DNA from: Escherichia coli
GTDB lineage: Bacteria; Pseudomonadota; Gammaproteobacteria; Enterobacterales; Enterobacteriaceae
Direction: 5' to 3' (one strand)
Assembly (NCBI RefSeq): GCF_003334815.1
Contig: NZ_QOWO01000003.1
Length of the DNA stretch: 64,000 nucleotides
Part shown: one piece after another, positions 27,027 to 38,893 of the stretch
Layout of the letters: each line of letters starts with the position of its first letter
Numbering within the stretch: position 1 is the stretch's first letter
The notes under the pieces: generated by a model
Seen by the model: only the letters and a program-made list of their open reading frames with translations
What the model was told of the DNA's origin: nothing
Database searches by the model: none
Translations under genes and position numbers: made by a program

Positions 27027-27302
27027 TTAGAAAAATGCCAGCCAGAACAGCATGGCGTAGAGAGCAAAAAGGGCGGTATAAATAATTCCGACAAATGCCA
27101 GATTGATATTTGCCCGCTGAATAACTCGCCTCGTGATGAGCGTCAAAATAAGGCTGGCAATGGCGCAGAAAAACCAGCTGGGATAATAAGCGCCGATCAC
27201 CGGGATTGCCGGAGATAATGAGCATCCCGAAACCATGAAGACGGGAATTATCCAGGCTGTTTTTTTGAGTTGCATCGCCATGCGAGAGAGAACTGTTGGC
27301 AT
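27027..27302 (-). CDS. ytcA: Small lipoprotein/membrane protein heading the mdtNOP operon
   Basis: ORF track 107 aa trimmed to MPTVLSRMAMQLKK... (91 aa); VSGC lipobox-like motif. Confidence 0.75.
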   Translation of the reverse strand: MPTVLSRMAMQLKKTAWIIPVFMVSGCSLSPAIPVIGAYYPSWFFCAIASLILTLITRRVIQRANINLAFVGIIYTALFALYAMLFWLAFF

Positions 27303-27510
27303 ATTAAATACATCCTGTCTGCTGCGAACAATATCTGTAGTGAATATCAATATCCATTGAAGGCGTCAGTATGGCTATTTTCTTGATGAATAAAAATAGC
27401 TTTATTCAGCCACCGCATTCATAACTTATATATTTTATTTATTAATTGGCTGTATATATTTTTAAAATAAATACTTTTGGGGGCTTCAGCGCCCACAAAA
27501 GCGAGTGACA

Positions 27511-29420
27511 TTAATTTGGGGTTACGATATTCACCCACAAATCGAAATTATCCAGACAGGCGATAATTTCTTCCAGTTTCGCGCCATTGCCAATAATTTT
27601 GGCTTTCTTCGCTTTTACCAGATCCGCCATTTTGGCTTGTCCGGTCAGCACGGCGTGCAGATCTTCACGGCTGATGTAGAAAGAGGCGTCGGCTTGCGGT
27701 TGCAGCGTTTTCCGGTAGTTAAGCACGCTATCGTTCAGCGTCAGGTTGAGGTTATCGCCGTTGCTCATATTGAAGTTCAGGCTGATATTTTTACCCGCAG
27801 CTTTCGCGCTATCGAGGCGAACGGCCATAAAGTCGAACAGCATTTCGACCGACATCCCGCGAATGGTGTCCGGGGAACCGGTGGTGCCGTGGCTGAACTT
27901 ATGCACCCCTTCGCGCAGCTCTTTCGCGCCGGTCAGGTAGAAACCGCGCCATGTGGCGGACTCGGCCTGATAGCCCAGCTGTTCAAAGTTATTCGCTTGC
28001 AGATTCTTCGCGACCTGGTCACCCGGGTTGGCGGCAATCACCTGTTTCAGCAGTTCTGCCGACCAGCGGTAATCACCTTGCTTGTTCGCTTCTTGCGCCA
28101 GGTTGATGACACGGGCAGAACCGCCCAGCGCCTGCACGTAACGTTTACCCATCTCCACCTGACCATACGGATGCAGGTTAGCCGGGTTACCGTCGTAATA
28201 GCCAAGATAGAAGTTATACACCGCGCGGGCGTTGTGGCTGACAGAACCGTAATAGCCGCGGCTGGCCCAGTTATTGGCAAGTGCAGGCGGCAGCTTAATC
28301 ATGTCGCCGATTTCATTCATGGTGTAGCCCTGGTTCGCCAGGTGTGCGGCATAAACAGCACTTCCGCGTCGTTACCCCACATATCCAGCGTTTCGTTCAG
28401 ATACTCGGTCCACTTGCTGGTGTCGCGGGTTTTCGCGCCGCGCAGAGTGTAGAAGTTGTGCAGGGTATGCGTGGCGTTCTCGGCGGTACACAGGGCTTTC
28501 AGGGCCGGAATATAGAAGTGCATTTCGGCTGGCGCTTCGCTACCTGGGGTCATCAGGAAGTCAAACTCCAGGCCGTCGATAATCATCTTCTCGCCAGTTC
28601 TGACGATAGTTTTCGTCGGTGCAATAATGCTCGGGTCGCCCGTTGCCAGCGTCACGCCAAGGCCATTACCCACATTGCCTTGCGCGTTGTGCGGCAGTAA
28701 CAGACCGTAAGAGTAGAGCGCACGGCGGCTCATGATGTTACCCGCCAGCACGTTTTCGCTGATGGCTTCGTCCATAAAGCCTGCAGGGGCAATCACCTGA
28801 ACTTTGCCGGATTTAACATCGGCTTCAGAGATAATGCCTTTCACGCCACCATAGTGGTCGGTGTGGCTGTGAGTGTAGATAACGGCAACAATCGGTTTTT
28901 GCGGACGATGCTGGAAGTAAAGGTCAAGTGCGGCTTTTGCGGCAGGCGGCGTCACCAGCGGGTCGATAACAATAATGCCTTTCTCGCCCTCAACGAACGT
29001 AATGTTAGAGATATCCTGGCCGCGCACCTGATACATTTTATCGGTGACTTTGAACAGGCCAGAAATACCGTTGATTTGCGACTGACGCCACAGGCTGGGG
29101 TTTACGGTTTCCGGCGCTGCGGCATTAATATCAAATTTGTAATCGTCCGCGCGGTAGTAAACTTTACCGTTCGCATCACGCAGAATACCTTCATCCAGCA
29201 GCGGGGCGATAAATCCACGCTGGGCATCGTCAAAATCCTGACGATCGCTAAACGGTAATGATTTGGCGTAATTCTGATTAACCTGTTGGGTATATTGAGT
29301 GGCGGCTTTCGCTTCCTCTTTCGCGTTAGCGGTATTTACCATCATGCCGCTGGCGGCAGTTAACGCAATAACAATCCTGCTCAAACGGAATAACCGAGAG
29401 TTATTCATATAAATCTCCAT
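27511..29420 (-). pseudogene. yjcS: SdsA1-like alkyl sulfatase (MBL fold plus SCP2 domain), disrupted by a frame shift
   Basis: ORF track splits it into 28317..29420 (367 aa, ends ...[16 protein letters not shown]) and 27511..28320 (continues ...[12 protein letters not shown]... in another frame); junction near 28335..28340. Confidence 0.7.
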
Positions 29421-29680
29421 TTATCATTTATGTCGTAAATATGTAATCCATGCAAAATACGTCATTTAAAGCTGGCGTTATCATAATTGGGAAATTGCGA
29501 CTTTAATAAGTGGAAGTGTGAGCGGAACGCGCCATTTTATTAGGCATTTGTGCTGAAGAGGGAAAATTACAGTAAAACTATCATTGCAGAAAATAATATG
29601 AGTCGTTTTATGTGTTTATTATATATATTGTACCTGTCGTTGGCACAGCGGGACATTGCGCTACTGTGCCAACGTTTTAC

Positions 29681-31289
<1,609 letters not shown>

Positions 31290-31299
31290 GTTCAATTCC

Positions 31300-32280
31300 T
31301 TACTTACTGATAAGACGGTCAAGGGCGACAGCCGCGATAATTAATCCGCCCATCACCACCAGTTGGTAATAGGTTTGTACCTGCAAAATATTCAGACCGT
31401 TGTTGATGGTGCCGATGATCAACCCGCCAATCACCACAGAGAAAATGCGCCCCTTGCCGCCGAAGAAACTGGTGCCGCCAATGATGGCGCTGGCAATGGC
31501 ATAGGTTTCAAAACCCATACCGGCAAGCGGTTCTGCGGCACCGAGTCGTGCAGTTGAGACGACGCCTGCCAGACCTGCACAAACACCGGAGATGATAAAC
31601 ACCACCAGGATGTGGAATTTCACGTCAATCCCGGAATAGAACGCCGAATTTTTGTTGCCGCCCAGTGCGTAGATGTTGCGCCCGAGCCGCATACGCGTTG
31701 TCAGAAACCAAAGGATGAGCGCGACAATTAGTGAGAAGATAACGGGGACAGGTATCCCAATTACGCTGGCGGCAAAGAAGTTCACGAAGTCAAATGAGAA
31801 GCCGTATACCGAGTTGGCATCGGAGATCACCAGCGTGATCCCACGGAAAATCGCGTTGGTGCCAAGGGTGATGATGAACGGGTGTAGCCCCGTCCAGTTG
31901 ACCAGGCAGCCGTTGATCGCCCCCAGTGCGCCGCCAACCAGTACACCGCCAATCATCGCTGCGAGAAACGGGTCAACACCTGCCAACATCAGTTTGGCGG
32001 TCACCATACCGGAAAGCGCCAGAATCGCGCCAACCGAGAGGTCGATACCAGCGACCAGGATAGCGAAAAACTCGCCCATGCCGATCAATACCGTCACGGA
32101 GCTTTGAACAAAAATCTGGGTAATATTATTGGTGGTCAGAAAATATTCTGGTGACAGCGAACCAAAGATGGCGACGATGATCGCCAGGATAAAAAAGGTG
32201 CCGTATTTATCCCAGAACAGCGCAAAGTTGAACGGTTTCTTCTCGCTCGCTTCGCTTTTTACTCTTGTGGTAAAGCCCAT
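31300..32280 (-). CDS. alsC: D-allose ABC transporter permease
   Basis: ORF track 326 aa. Confidence 0.93.
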   Translation of the reverse strand: MGFTTRVKSEASEKKPFNFALFWDKYGTFFILAIIVAIFGSLSPEYFLTTNNITQIFVQSSVTVLIGMGEFFAILVAGIDLSVGAILALSGMVTAKLMLAGVDPFLAAMIGGVLVGGALGAINGCLVNWTGLHPFIITLGTNAIFRGITLVISDANSVYGFSFDFVNFFAASVIGIPVPVIFSLIVALILWFLTTRMRLGRNIYALGGNKNSAFYSGIDVKFHILVVFIISGVCAGLAGVVSTARLGAAEPLAGMGFETYAIASAIIGGTSFFGGKGRIFSVVIGGLIIGTINNGLNILQVQTYYQLVVMGGLIIAAVALDRLISK

Positions 32281-33791
32281 GCCATAATCTCCTCTTCGCT
32301 CATGTCATCGCGATTCGTCAGGATTTGCGTCAGTCGTCCTTCGCAGAACACGGCGATGCGGTCGCAGACGGTGATAATTTCAGGTAGTTCAGATGACACC
32401 ATCAGGATGACTTTTCCGTCGTCCGCCAGTTGGCGCATCACTTTGTAAATTTCGGCTTTCGCGCCAACGTCGATGCCGCGGGTAGGTTCATCGAAAATAA
32501 TCACTTCCGGGCAACAGCACAGCCATTTGGAGATCAGGACTTTCTGCTGATTTCCCCCGGAGAGTTCGGTGATATTCTGGTTTACCGAATGACATTTCAG
32601 CGCCAGCAGTTCGCGTTGATTTTCAGCGGTACGTTGCTCGTCAACTTCATGAAACAAGCCCATCGCGCCTTTATAGCCGCCGTCTTTCAGACTGCGGCTG
32701 ATCGCCATGTTCTGAGCGATGGAAAAGTTGGGGAAAAAACCGTTATCCCGGCGGCTTTCAGTGATGTAAGCCATCCCTTTTTTCACGGCATCCAGGGGTG
32801 AACGTGGAGAGATATCTTTGCCATTAAGACGGATTTCTCCGCCAGCGCGTTTATCCACGCCAAACAGACAATTCATCAGTTCAGTACGTCCGGAACCGAC
32901 CAGTCCGGCAAAGCCTAATATTTCTCCCCGGCAGACGCTAAATGAGATATCCCGGACCTTTTTTCTGTCACGACTGGTGACGTTCCGCACCTCAAAAACC
33001 GTTTCGTGCGCAAGGTTGCTGACATTCTCCTTCATCGCGTTAAAACGGTTTTGCAGTTCGCGGCCTACCATCAGACGGACGATATCGTCATTTGACACAT
33101 CGCTTACTATGCCGCTGCAAACGCTGCTGCCGTCTTTCATCACCGTATAGCGGTCGCAAATACGGCGAATTTCCGCCAACTTATGCGAGATATAGACGAT
33201 GGCCGTACCCTCTTTACGCAACTGATTCATGATCAGAAACAGATAGTCCACCTCTTTATTGGTGAGTGAGGAGGTGGGTTCATCCATGATGATGACTTTG
33301 GCATCGAGCATCAGCGTTTTGGCAATTTCTAGCATCTGCTTGTGGCTGATAGATAAATTCGCCACTTTCTCATCTAGATCAACTTTCAAGCCCACGCGTA
33401 ATAACATCATGGCGGCGCGGACACGCATTTCTCGCCAGTCGATAATATTGACGCCACAGATTTTTTTCGTCAGATGACGACCAATATATAAATTTTCCAG
33501 TACGGTTAATTCATCAATAACGCTGAGTTCCTGATAAATAATCCCGATACCGAGTTGTGCCGCTAATTTATGATCCAGCTTGTTATAGCTAATGTTATTA
33601 ATGGTAATGGTGCCTTTGGTCGGCTCATGTATTCCGGATAAAACTTTCATTAGCGTGGATTTACCCGCGCCATTTTCTCCTAGTAATGCATGTATTTCAC
33701 CAGGATAAACCGTTAAATTAACCGACTTTAATGCGTGAACCGGACCAAAGGACTTGCCGATCCCCGCCATCGATATATATGGCGTGGCCAT
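32259..33791 (-). CDS. alsA: D-allose ABC transporter ATPase (duplicated ABC domains)
   Basis: ORF track 510 aa; Walker A GENGAGKST and a second P-loop GLVGSGRT. Confidence 0.93.
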   Translation of the reverse strand: MATPYISMAGIGKSFGPVHALKSVNLTVYPGEIHALLGENGAGKSTLMKVLSGIHEPTKGTITINNISYNKLDHKLAAQLGIGIIYQELSVIDELTVLENLYIGRHLTKKICGVNIIDWREMRVRAAMMLLRVGLKVDLDEKVANLSISHKQMLEIAKTLMLDAKVIIMDEPTSSLTNKEVDYLFLIMNQLRKEGTAIVYISHKLAEIRRICDRYTVMKDGSSVCSGIVSDVSNDDIVRLMVGRELQNRFNAMKENVSNLAHETVFEVRNVTSRDRKKVRDISFSVCRGEILGFAGLVGSGRTELMNCLFGVDKRAGGEIRLNGKDISPRSPLDAVKKGMAYITESRRDNGFFPNFSIAQNMAISRSLKDGGYKGAMGLFHEVDEQRTAENQRELLALKCHSVNQNITELSGGNQQKVLISKWLCCCPEVIIFDEPTRGIDVGAKAEIYKVMRQLADDGKVILMVSSELPEIITVCDRIAVFCEGRLTQILTNRDDMSEEEIMAWALPQE

Positions 33792-33917
33792 AAATAACCT
33801 CTCTGCACGAAATATCGTATTATTGCCTGATGGCTACATTTATCAGGTCTACGTTCAGGTTATTTTGTTGGCCGGATAAGACACTTCATTAGCATCATCA
33901 TCCGGCATCATTCAGTT

Positions 33918-34853
33918 TTATTGAGTGACCAGGATTGAATCGACCAGTTTAAATTCCGGTGCTTTATCCAGCGGGATAACCTTGCCGGATTTCTCAGCGT
34001 CAACCATCAGCTTCAGACCCGTTGCGCCGATATCCGCCGGGTTCTGGGCAACCGTCGCGGTCATTTGTCCGGCTTCCACCATTTTGCGGGCTTCCGGAAT
34101 GCCATCTGTACCGACGACCAGCACTTTTCCCGTTTTTCCGGCGTTTGCGACTGCCTGAGCAACACCCATTGCCATCGTGTCATTCGCGCAATAGATCGCT
34201 TTAATATTCGGATTACGTTGCAACACGTTAGTGGCGACATCCAGTGCTTTAATGCGGTCCCAGTCGGCAGGCTGGCTGGCGACAAGCTTGATCTGGCTTG
34301 CTTTTTTGAAGGCTTCGGTGGCACCATTACGACGCGCTTCACCGGAGGCGTTACCGGCTTTACCCTCAATGATTGCGACTTCACCACCTTCAGCGCCCAA
34401 TTTGTCAATAATGAACGACGCGCCTTTCGCCCCGACAGCAACGTTATCGGTGGTGACAAAAGCTTCCACATTGCCGCCAGCTTTTTTCAGATTATCCATG
34501 TCGATTTTTTCATCGAGATTAACCAGATAAATGCCTTTTTTCCATGCGCGGGCGACAGGCATGACCAGATTCACTGAGGATAATGGAGCGAAGGCGATAC
34601 CTTTGTAATTTTTATTACTGAGATCTTCAAATAACTGCAATTGAGATTGAAAATCGCCTTCTGAAGGAGAGGCAAAAATATCAACGCTGACGCCCAGTGT
34701 TTTTGCTTCATCTTCAATGCCTTTTTTCATATCTACCCAAAATGGGTTGGAGAGGGTTTTCAATACGACAGCATATTCGGCGGCAGCAAAAGCGCTGGTT
34801 GACAACATTAAGCCCACGAGTGTGCCGCTGAAATATTTCAGATATTTATTCAT
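33918..34853 (-). CDS. alsB: D-allose periplasmic binding protein
   Basis: ORF track 311 aa; signal peptide. Confidence 0.93.
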   Translation of the reverse strand: MNKYLKYFSGTLVGLMLSTSAFAAAEYAVVLKTLSNPFWVDMKKGIEDEAKTLGVSVDIFASPSEGDFQSQLQLFEDLSNKNYKGIAFAPLSSVNLVMPVARAWKKGIYLVNLDEKIDMDNLKKAGGNVEAFVTTDNVAVGAKGASFIIDKLGAEGGEVAIIEGKAGNASGEARRNGATEAFKKASQIKLVASQPADWDRIKALDVATNVLQRNPNIKAIYCANDTMAMGVAQAVANAGKTGKVLVVGTDGIPEARKMVEAGQMTATVAQNPADIGATGLKLMVDAEKSGKVIPLDKAPEFKLVDSILVTQ

Positions 34854-34911
34854 AATAATGTTCTCACGGTAAGGGGACAGGTAACTCCGCGATGGCGGAA
34901 TTACCTTTTTC

Positions 34912-35802
34912 TTATTTCAGCGCGCCTGGTGAGAAGAAATCAACAATTGCGCCGGTTTTTTGCATATTAATATTAGCTTGTTCAATGTTGAGCTGGGCGA
35001 CAGAGACAAAAAAAGCGTCCAGCAAAGTTAGTTGTAATATTCTTGCCGAGGCATTACGACCTAATAACGGCGTTTCCGGGGCTGGTGAGCAAATAATATA
35101 ATCGGCCAGTTTCGCTATCGGTGAATGGTAGCTATGGGTTATACAAATAATCTTTGCCCCGTTCTTTTTTGCCAGTTCTACGGCCGCTTTTACATCACTG
35201 GTTCGCCCGGAATGGGTCACTACCAGCACAACATCTCCTTCCTGTAACAACGAAGCGGACATCATCATGATGTGAGCATCAGGATAGGCCTGACAGCGTA
35301 CGCCAATGCGCAAGAACTTGTGCTGTACATCAGCACAGATAGCATTTGATCCTCCGGCACCGTACAAATCCCGCTGTCTGGCCTGATAGAAAAAGCGGGC
35401 GGCACGGTGGATCTCATCAACGTTGACGATCGACTGACCTTCCATAATGGTGCGTAAAGTGATGTTAAATACCTTATTCACCACATCCTGCGGCGCTTCA
35501 TCAAAAGCCAACTCGGAAGGCAATACCTGTTCTGACTGAGAAAAATAATCTTCCAGCGCACTGCGTAAGTTACGAAAGCCGCTAAACCCCAGCAGCTTTG
35601 ATACCTTAACTATCATCGCTTCAGATACCGCCAGAGCTTCTGCGACATCTTTAATTGCGGGTGCACAACTCAGGTTACCGGGTTTGAGTAACCACTCCAC
35701 GATGCGGCTTTCATTTTCTGTCATTCCTTCCTGCTTCATTCGCAGGTAAGGCGCTAACCCTATACCGTTCGGAAGCGCTGAATCAAACTCTGACTGGCTC
35801 AT
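34912..35802 (-). CDS. rpiR: RpiR/AlsR transcriptional repressor (HTH plus SIS domain)
   Basis: ORF track 307 aa trimmed to MSQSEFDSALP (296 aa). Confidence 0.88.
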   Translation of the reverse strand: MSQSEFDSALPNGIGLAPYLRMKQEGMTENESRIVEWLLKPGNLSCAPAIKDVAEALAVSEAMIVKVSKLLGFSGFRNLRSALEDYFSQSEQVLPSELAFDEAPQDVVNKVFNITLRTIMEGQSIVNVDEIHRAARFFYQARQRDLYGAGGSNAICADVQHKFLRIGVRCQAYPDAHIMMMSASLLQEGDVVLVVTHSGRTSDVKAAVELAKKNGAKIICITHSYHSPIAKLADYIICSPAPETPLLGRNASARILQLTLLDAFFVSVAQLNIEQANINMQKTGAIVDFFSPGALK

Positions 35803-36160
35803 CACGTTCTCTTGTCCTTGAATTGAAGACGCCACTATATCACCACAGCAAGAACAGAAAAGATGCTGGCGACTTCACAAAAAAATAAAATTTATAAAGT
35901 TTATTTTATTGTGAACAATGGCGAGTGGCTTAAAATTTTATTTCATTTAATTAGTTTAAAAACATGATGTTATTTGTTTTTCTGGTTTTTTAGATGATAG
36001 ATGTTGCTGGATGGTGAGTGTCTTTAACGCTATTGCGCTGTCAGATGTAACTCTGTAAAACAGATCAGGAAGGCGTAATTCATCGATTTTGGGTGTTTTT
36101 AATTCATTAACATCACAAATGTTTTTTGATTGTGAAGTTTTGCACGGACGGGGAAGATGA

Positions 36161-36610
36161 ATGAAAAAGATTGCATTTGGCTGTGATCATGTCGGTTTCA
36201 TTTTAAAACATGAAATAGTGGCACATTTAGTTGAGCGTGGCGTTGAAGTGATTGATAAAGGAACCTGGTCGTCAGAGCGTACTGATTATCCACATTACGC
36301 CAGTCAAGTCGCACTGGCTGTTGCTGGCGGAGAGGTTGATGGCGGGATTTTGATTTGTGGTACTGGCGTCGGTATTTCGATAGCGGCGAACAAGTTTGCC
36401 GGAATTCGCGCGGTCGTCTGTAGCGAACCTTATTCCGCGCAACTTTCGCGGCAGCATAACGACACCAACGTGCTGGCTTTTGGTTCACGAGTGGTTGGCC
36501 TCGAACTGGCAAAAATGATTGTGGATGCGTGGCTGGGCGCACAGTACGAAGGCGGTCGTCATCAACAACGCGTGGAGGCGATTACGGCAATAGAGCAGCG
36601 GAGAAATTGA
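36161..36610 (+). CDS. rpiB: Ribose-5-phosphate isomerase B / allose-6-phosphate isomerase
   Basis: ORF track 149 aa MKKIAFGCDHVGFILKHEIV... Confidence 0.95.
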   Translation: MKKIAFGCDHVGFILKHEIVAHLVERGVEVIDKGTWSSERTDYPHYASQVALAVAGGEVDGGILICGTGVGISIAANKFAGIRAVVCSEPYSAQLSRQHNDTNVLAFGSRVVGLELAKMIVDAWLGAQYEGGRHQQRVEAITAIEQRRN

Positions 36611-36678
36611 GATTCATCCACTACTTGCATGGATGAGTAATGATTAATGTGGATAGAGTTTCTTTTTGAGGTTGGCTA

Positions 36679-37008
36679 ATGAAACGCTTTCCGCTATTTC
36701 TTTTATTCACCCTGCTCACGCTGTCCACCGTTCCGGCCCAGGCCGATATTATCGACGACACCATTGGCAATATTCAGCAGGCGATTAATGACGCTTATAA
36801 CCCTGACCGTGGGCGAGACTATGAAGATTCGCGCGACGACGGCTGGCAGCGTGAAGTGAGCGACGATCGGCGCAGACAATATGACGACCGCCGCCGCCAG
36901 TTTGAAGATCGCCGCAGGCAGCTGGACGATCGCCAGCGCCAGCTTGATCAGGAGCGTCGGCAACTGGAGGATGAAGAGCGGAGAATGGAAGATGAGTATG
37001 GGCGATGA
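36679..37008 (+). CDS. yjdP: Secreted protein with an R/D/E/Q-rich repeat tail, unknown function
   Basis: ORF track 109 aa; signal peptide then repeated DDRRRQ(Y/F/L)(D/E) units. Confidence 0.8.
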   Translation: MKRFPLFLLFTLLTLSTVPAQADIIDDTIGNIQQAINDAYNPDRGRDYEDSRDDGWQREVSDDRRRQYDDRRRQFEDRRRQLDDRQRQLDQERRQLEDEERRMEDEYGR

Positions 37009-37026
37009 GGTTGGGTATGGAGCAGG

Positions 37027-37125
37027 CATCGCCCCTCACCCCAATGGGGAGAGGGAGAAAACGAGCGCAATATTCAATATCGAGCACAATCGGTCCCCTC
37101 GCCCCTCTGGGGAGAGGGTTAGGGT
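37027..37125. repeat. Two copies of a GC-rich CCCCTC...GGGGAGAGGG motif in the yjdP-phnP spacer
   Basis: GCCCCTCACCCCAATGGGGAGAGGGAG and GCCCCTCTGGGGAGAGGGTTAGGGTGAGGGGG about 65 bp apart; may be a known intergenic repeat family but I cannot place it confidently. Confidence 0.4.
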
Positions 37126-37154
37126 GAGGGGGCCAGCGCGCACATTCCCTCTCA

Positions 37155-37913
37155 TCACGCCACCCCAATCTCCATCCCATCAAACCCCACCTCAAACCCT
37201 GACGGTAGTGCGTTTTCCATCAGCCACGCATCAAACTGGTGGCTGATATGGGTCAGAATCACCCGTGGCGAGCGGATAACCTGATTCAGCGCAAGCACGG
37301 TATTTAAATCACAGTGATTACGCGGTGCATCCGCGCGCGGCGGGTGACTGCAATCCATCACCATTACCTGCGGCTGATTATTGCGTAAAAATTTCAGCGT
37401 TTTTTCCGGCAAGCCTGCGGTGTCAGACAGCCACGCCACCCGGCTGTGTGCCGTTTCCAGCAGATAACCGAAGGTCAGTTTTGAGTGGTTGAGCGGCAGG
37501 GGCGTGACCTGTAACCCCTGCAAATCAAACACCACAAACGGTTCCACCGTGTGGCTGAAATCAAGCAGGCCCGGATGTTTAAACAGATCGTCGCAGCCCT
37601 GTTCATCCGGCGGGCCGTAAACCGGGATCGGATCGCCAACGCCCCAGCGCAGCGGAAACAGCCCCTGGACGTGATCCATATGATAATGCGTCAGCAAAAA
37701 CTGCTGGAACGATCCGGGCGACCAGCGATCGGCGAGATCGTGCAGCCCGGCGTCGATCAGGGTGATTGCGTCGTTAAACTTCACTACGCCGCTGCACGGT
37801 TGGCGGCGATACTGCGGCGAGCGCCGCGCTCTGGCGCAGGCCGCACACTCGCAGCCCCATGCCGGAACGCCCTGTGCGCCGCCGGTGCCGGTGAGCGTGA
37901 GGGTCAGGCTCAT
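37155..37913 (-). CDS. phnP: PhnP, phosphodiesterase (MBL fold) of the C-P lyase pathway
   Basis: ORF track 252 aa; HxHxDH motif (LTHYHMDH). Confidence 0.93.
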
Positions 37914-37914
37914 G

Positions 37915-38349
37915 TTACAGCGCCTTGGTGAAGCGGAAGTGGCTCTGCTCGTAGCCTTCGCGCAGATAGAAACGGTGCGCGTCGTGGCGCTTCACGTTGG
38001 TCGAAAGTTCGGTCATTTCGGCCCCGGCCTGGCGGGCTTCTTCTTCTGCCCACGCCAGTAACTTACTGCCGACGTTCAGACCGCGCGCCTGCGGCATTAC
38101 CACCAACTCCTGAATTTCGCCGATCCAGTTGACATGATGCAGATGAAACTGCAAATGCAGGCCGATCATGCCGACAACTTCGCCATCAAGCAGCGCCAGA
38201 TGGTAGCGCATGTTTGGGTCGCGCAGATTGGCGTTAAAACCCACGCGAAACGCGTGGTGGTCAAACTCCGCCTGTTTTAGCTCACAAATCAGCGCGTAAA
38301 CCGCGTCGGTGTCGTACTGCGTGGCCGGGCGAAGCTCACAAGCAGGCAT
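37915..38349 (-). CDS. phnO: PhnO, aminoalkylphosphonate N-acetyltransferase
   Basis: ORF track 144 aa. Confidence 0.93.
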
Positions 38350-38893
38350 GGTGTTTCTCCTTCTGATGGATCAGCGTCAGCAGCGTGTCGACCGACTGGC
38401 GCAGGCTGCCGTCATTGTTGAGCGTATGGCAATCCTGTGGAGTATAGCGGGCGGCGCGCGCCAGGCGGGCGTTAATTTCACTGGCGTTTTCACGGCCACG
38501 GTTTTCCAGGCGCTGGCGGAGGATCTCCGGCGAAACCTGTAAACAGACGGGCAGCAGCGCCGATTGATAGCGCGCCCGCGCCTGCGGCAGATGGGCGCGT
38601 GAGCCGTTGACCAGCACGTCGAATCCGGCGTGCAGCCAGAGATCAATCTCGACGCCGACGCCATAATACAGACCGTTAGCGTGCCAGCTTAAGGCCAACA
38701 GATTTTGCCCCGCGCGGGTAAAAAACTCCTGCTCGCTCAGGGCGATATGGTTTTCACTTCCGGCGCTGGCATCGCGCGTGATGTAGCGATGCGCCACCAG
38801 TAACTGAGTTTGTTCCCGCAGGCGGAGTTCCGCCAGCAGGCTGTCTTTCCCGGAGCCGGACGGCCCCATTAACCAAATCAGTTTTCCCATCAT
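38336..38893 (-). CDS. phnN: PhnN, ribose 1,5-bisphosphate phosphokinase
   Basis: ORF track 185 aa; P-loop GPSGSGKDS. Confidence 0.93.

Noticed and set aside
27505-28452. 315-aa plus-strand ORF
   Set aside because: Antisense to the 3' part of yjcS; artefact.
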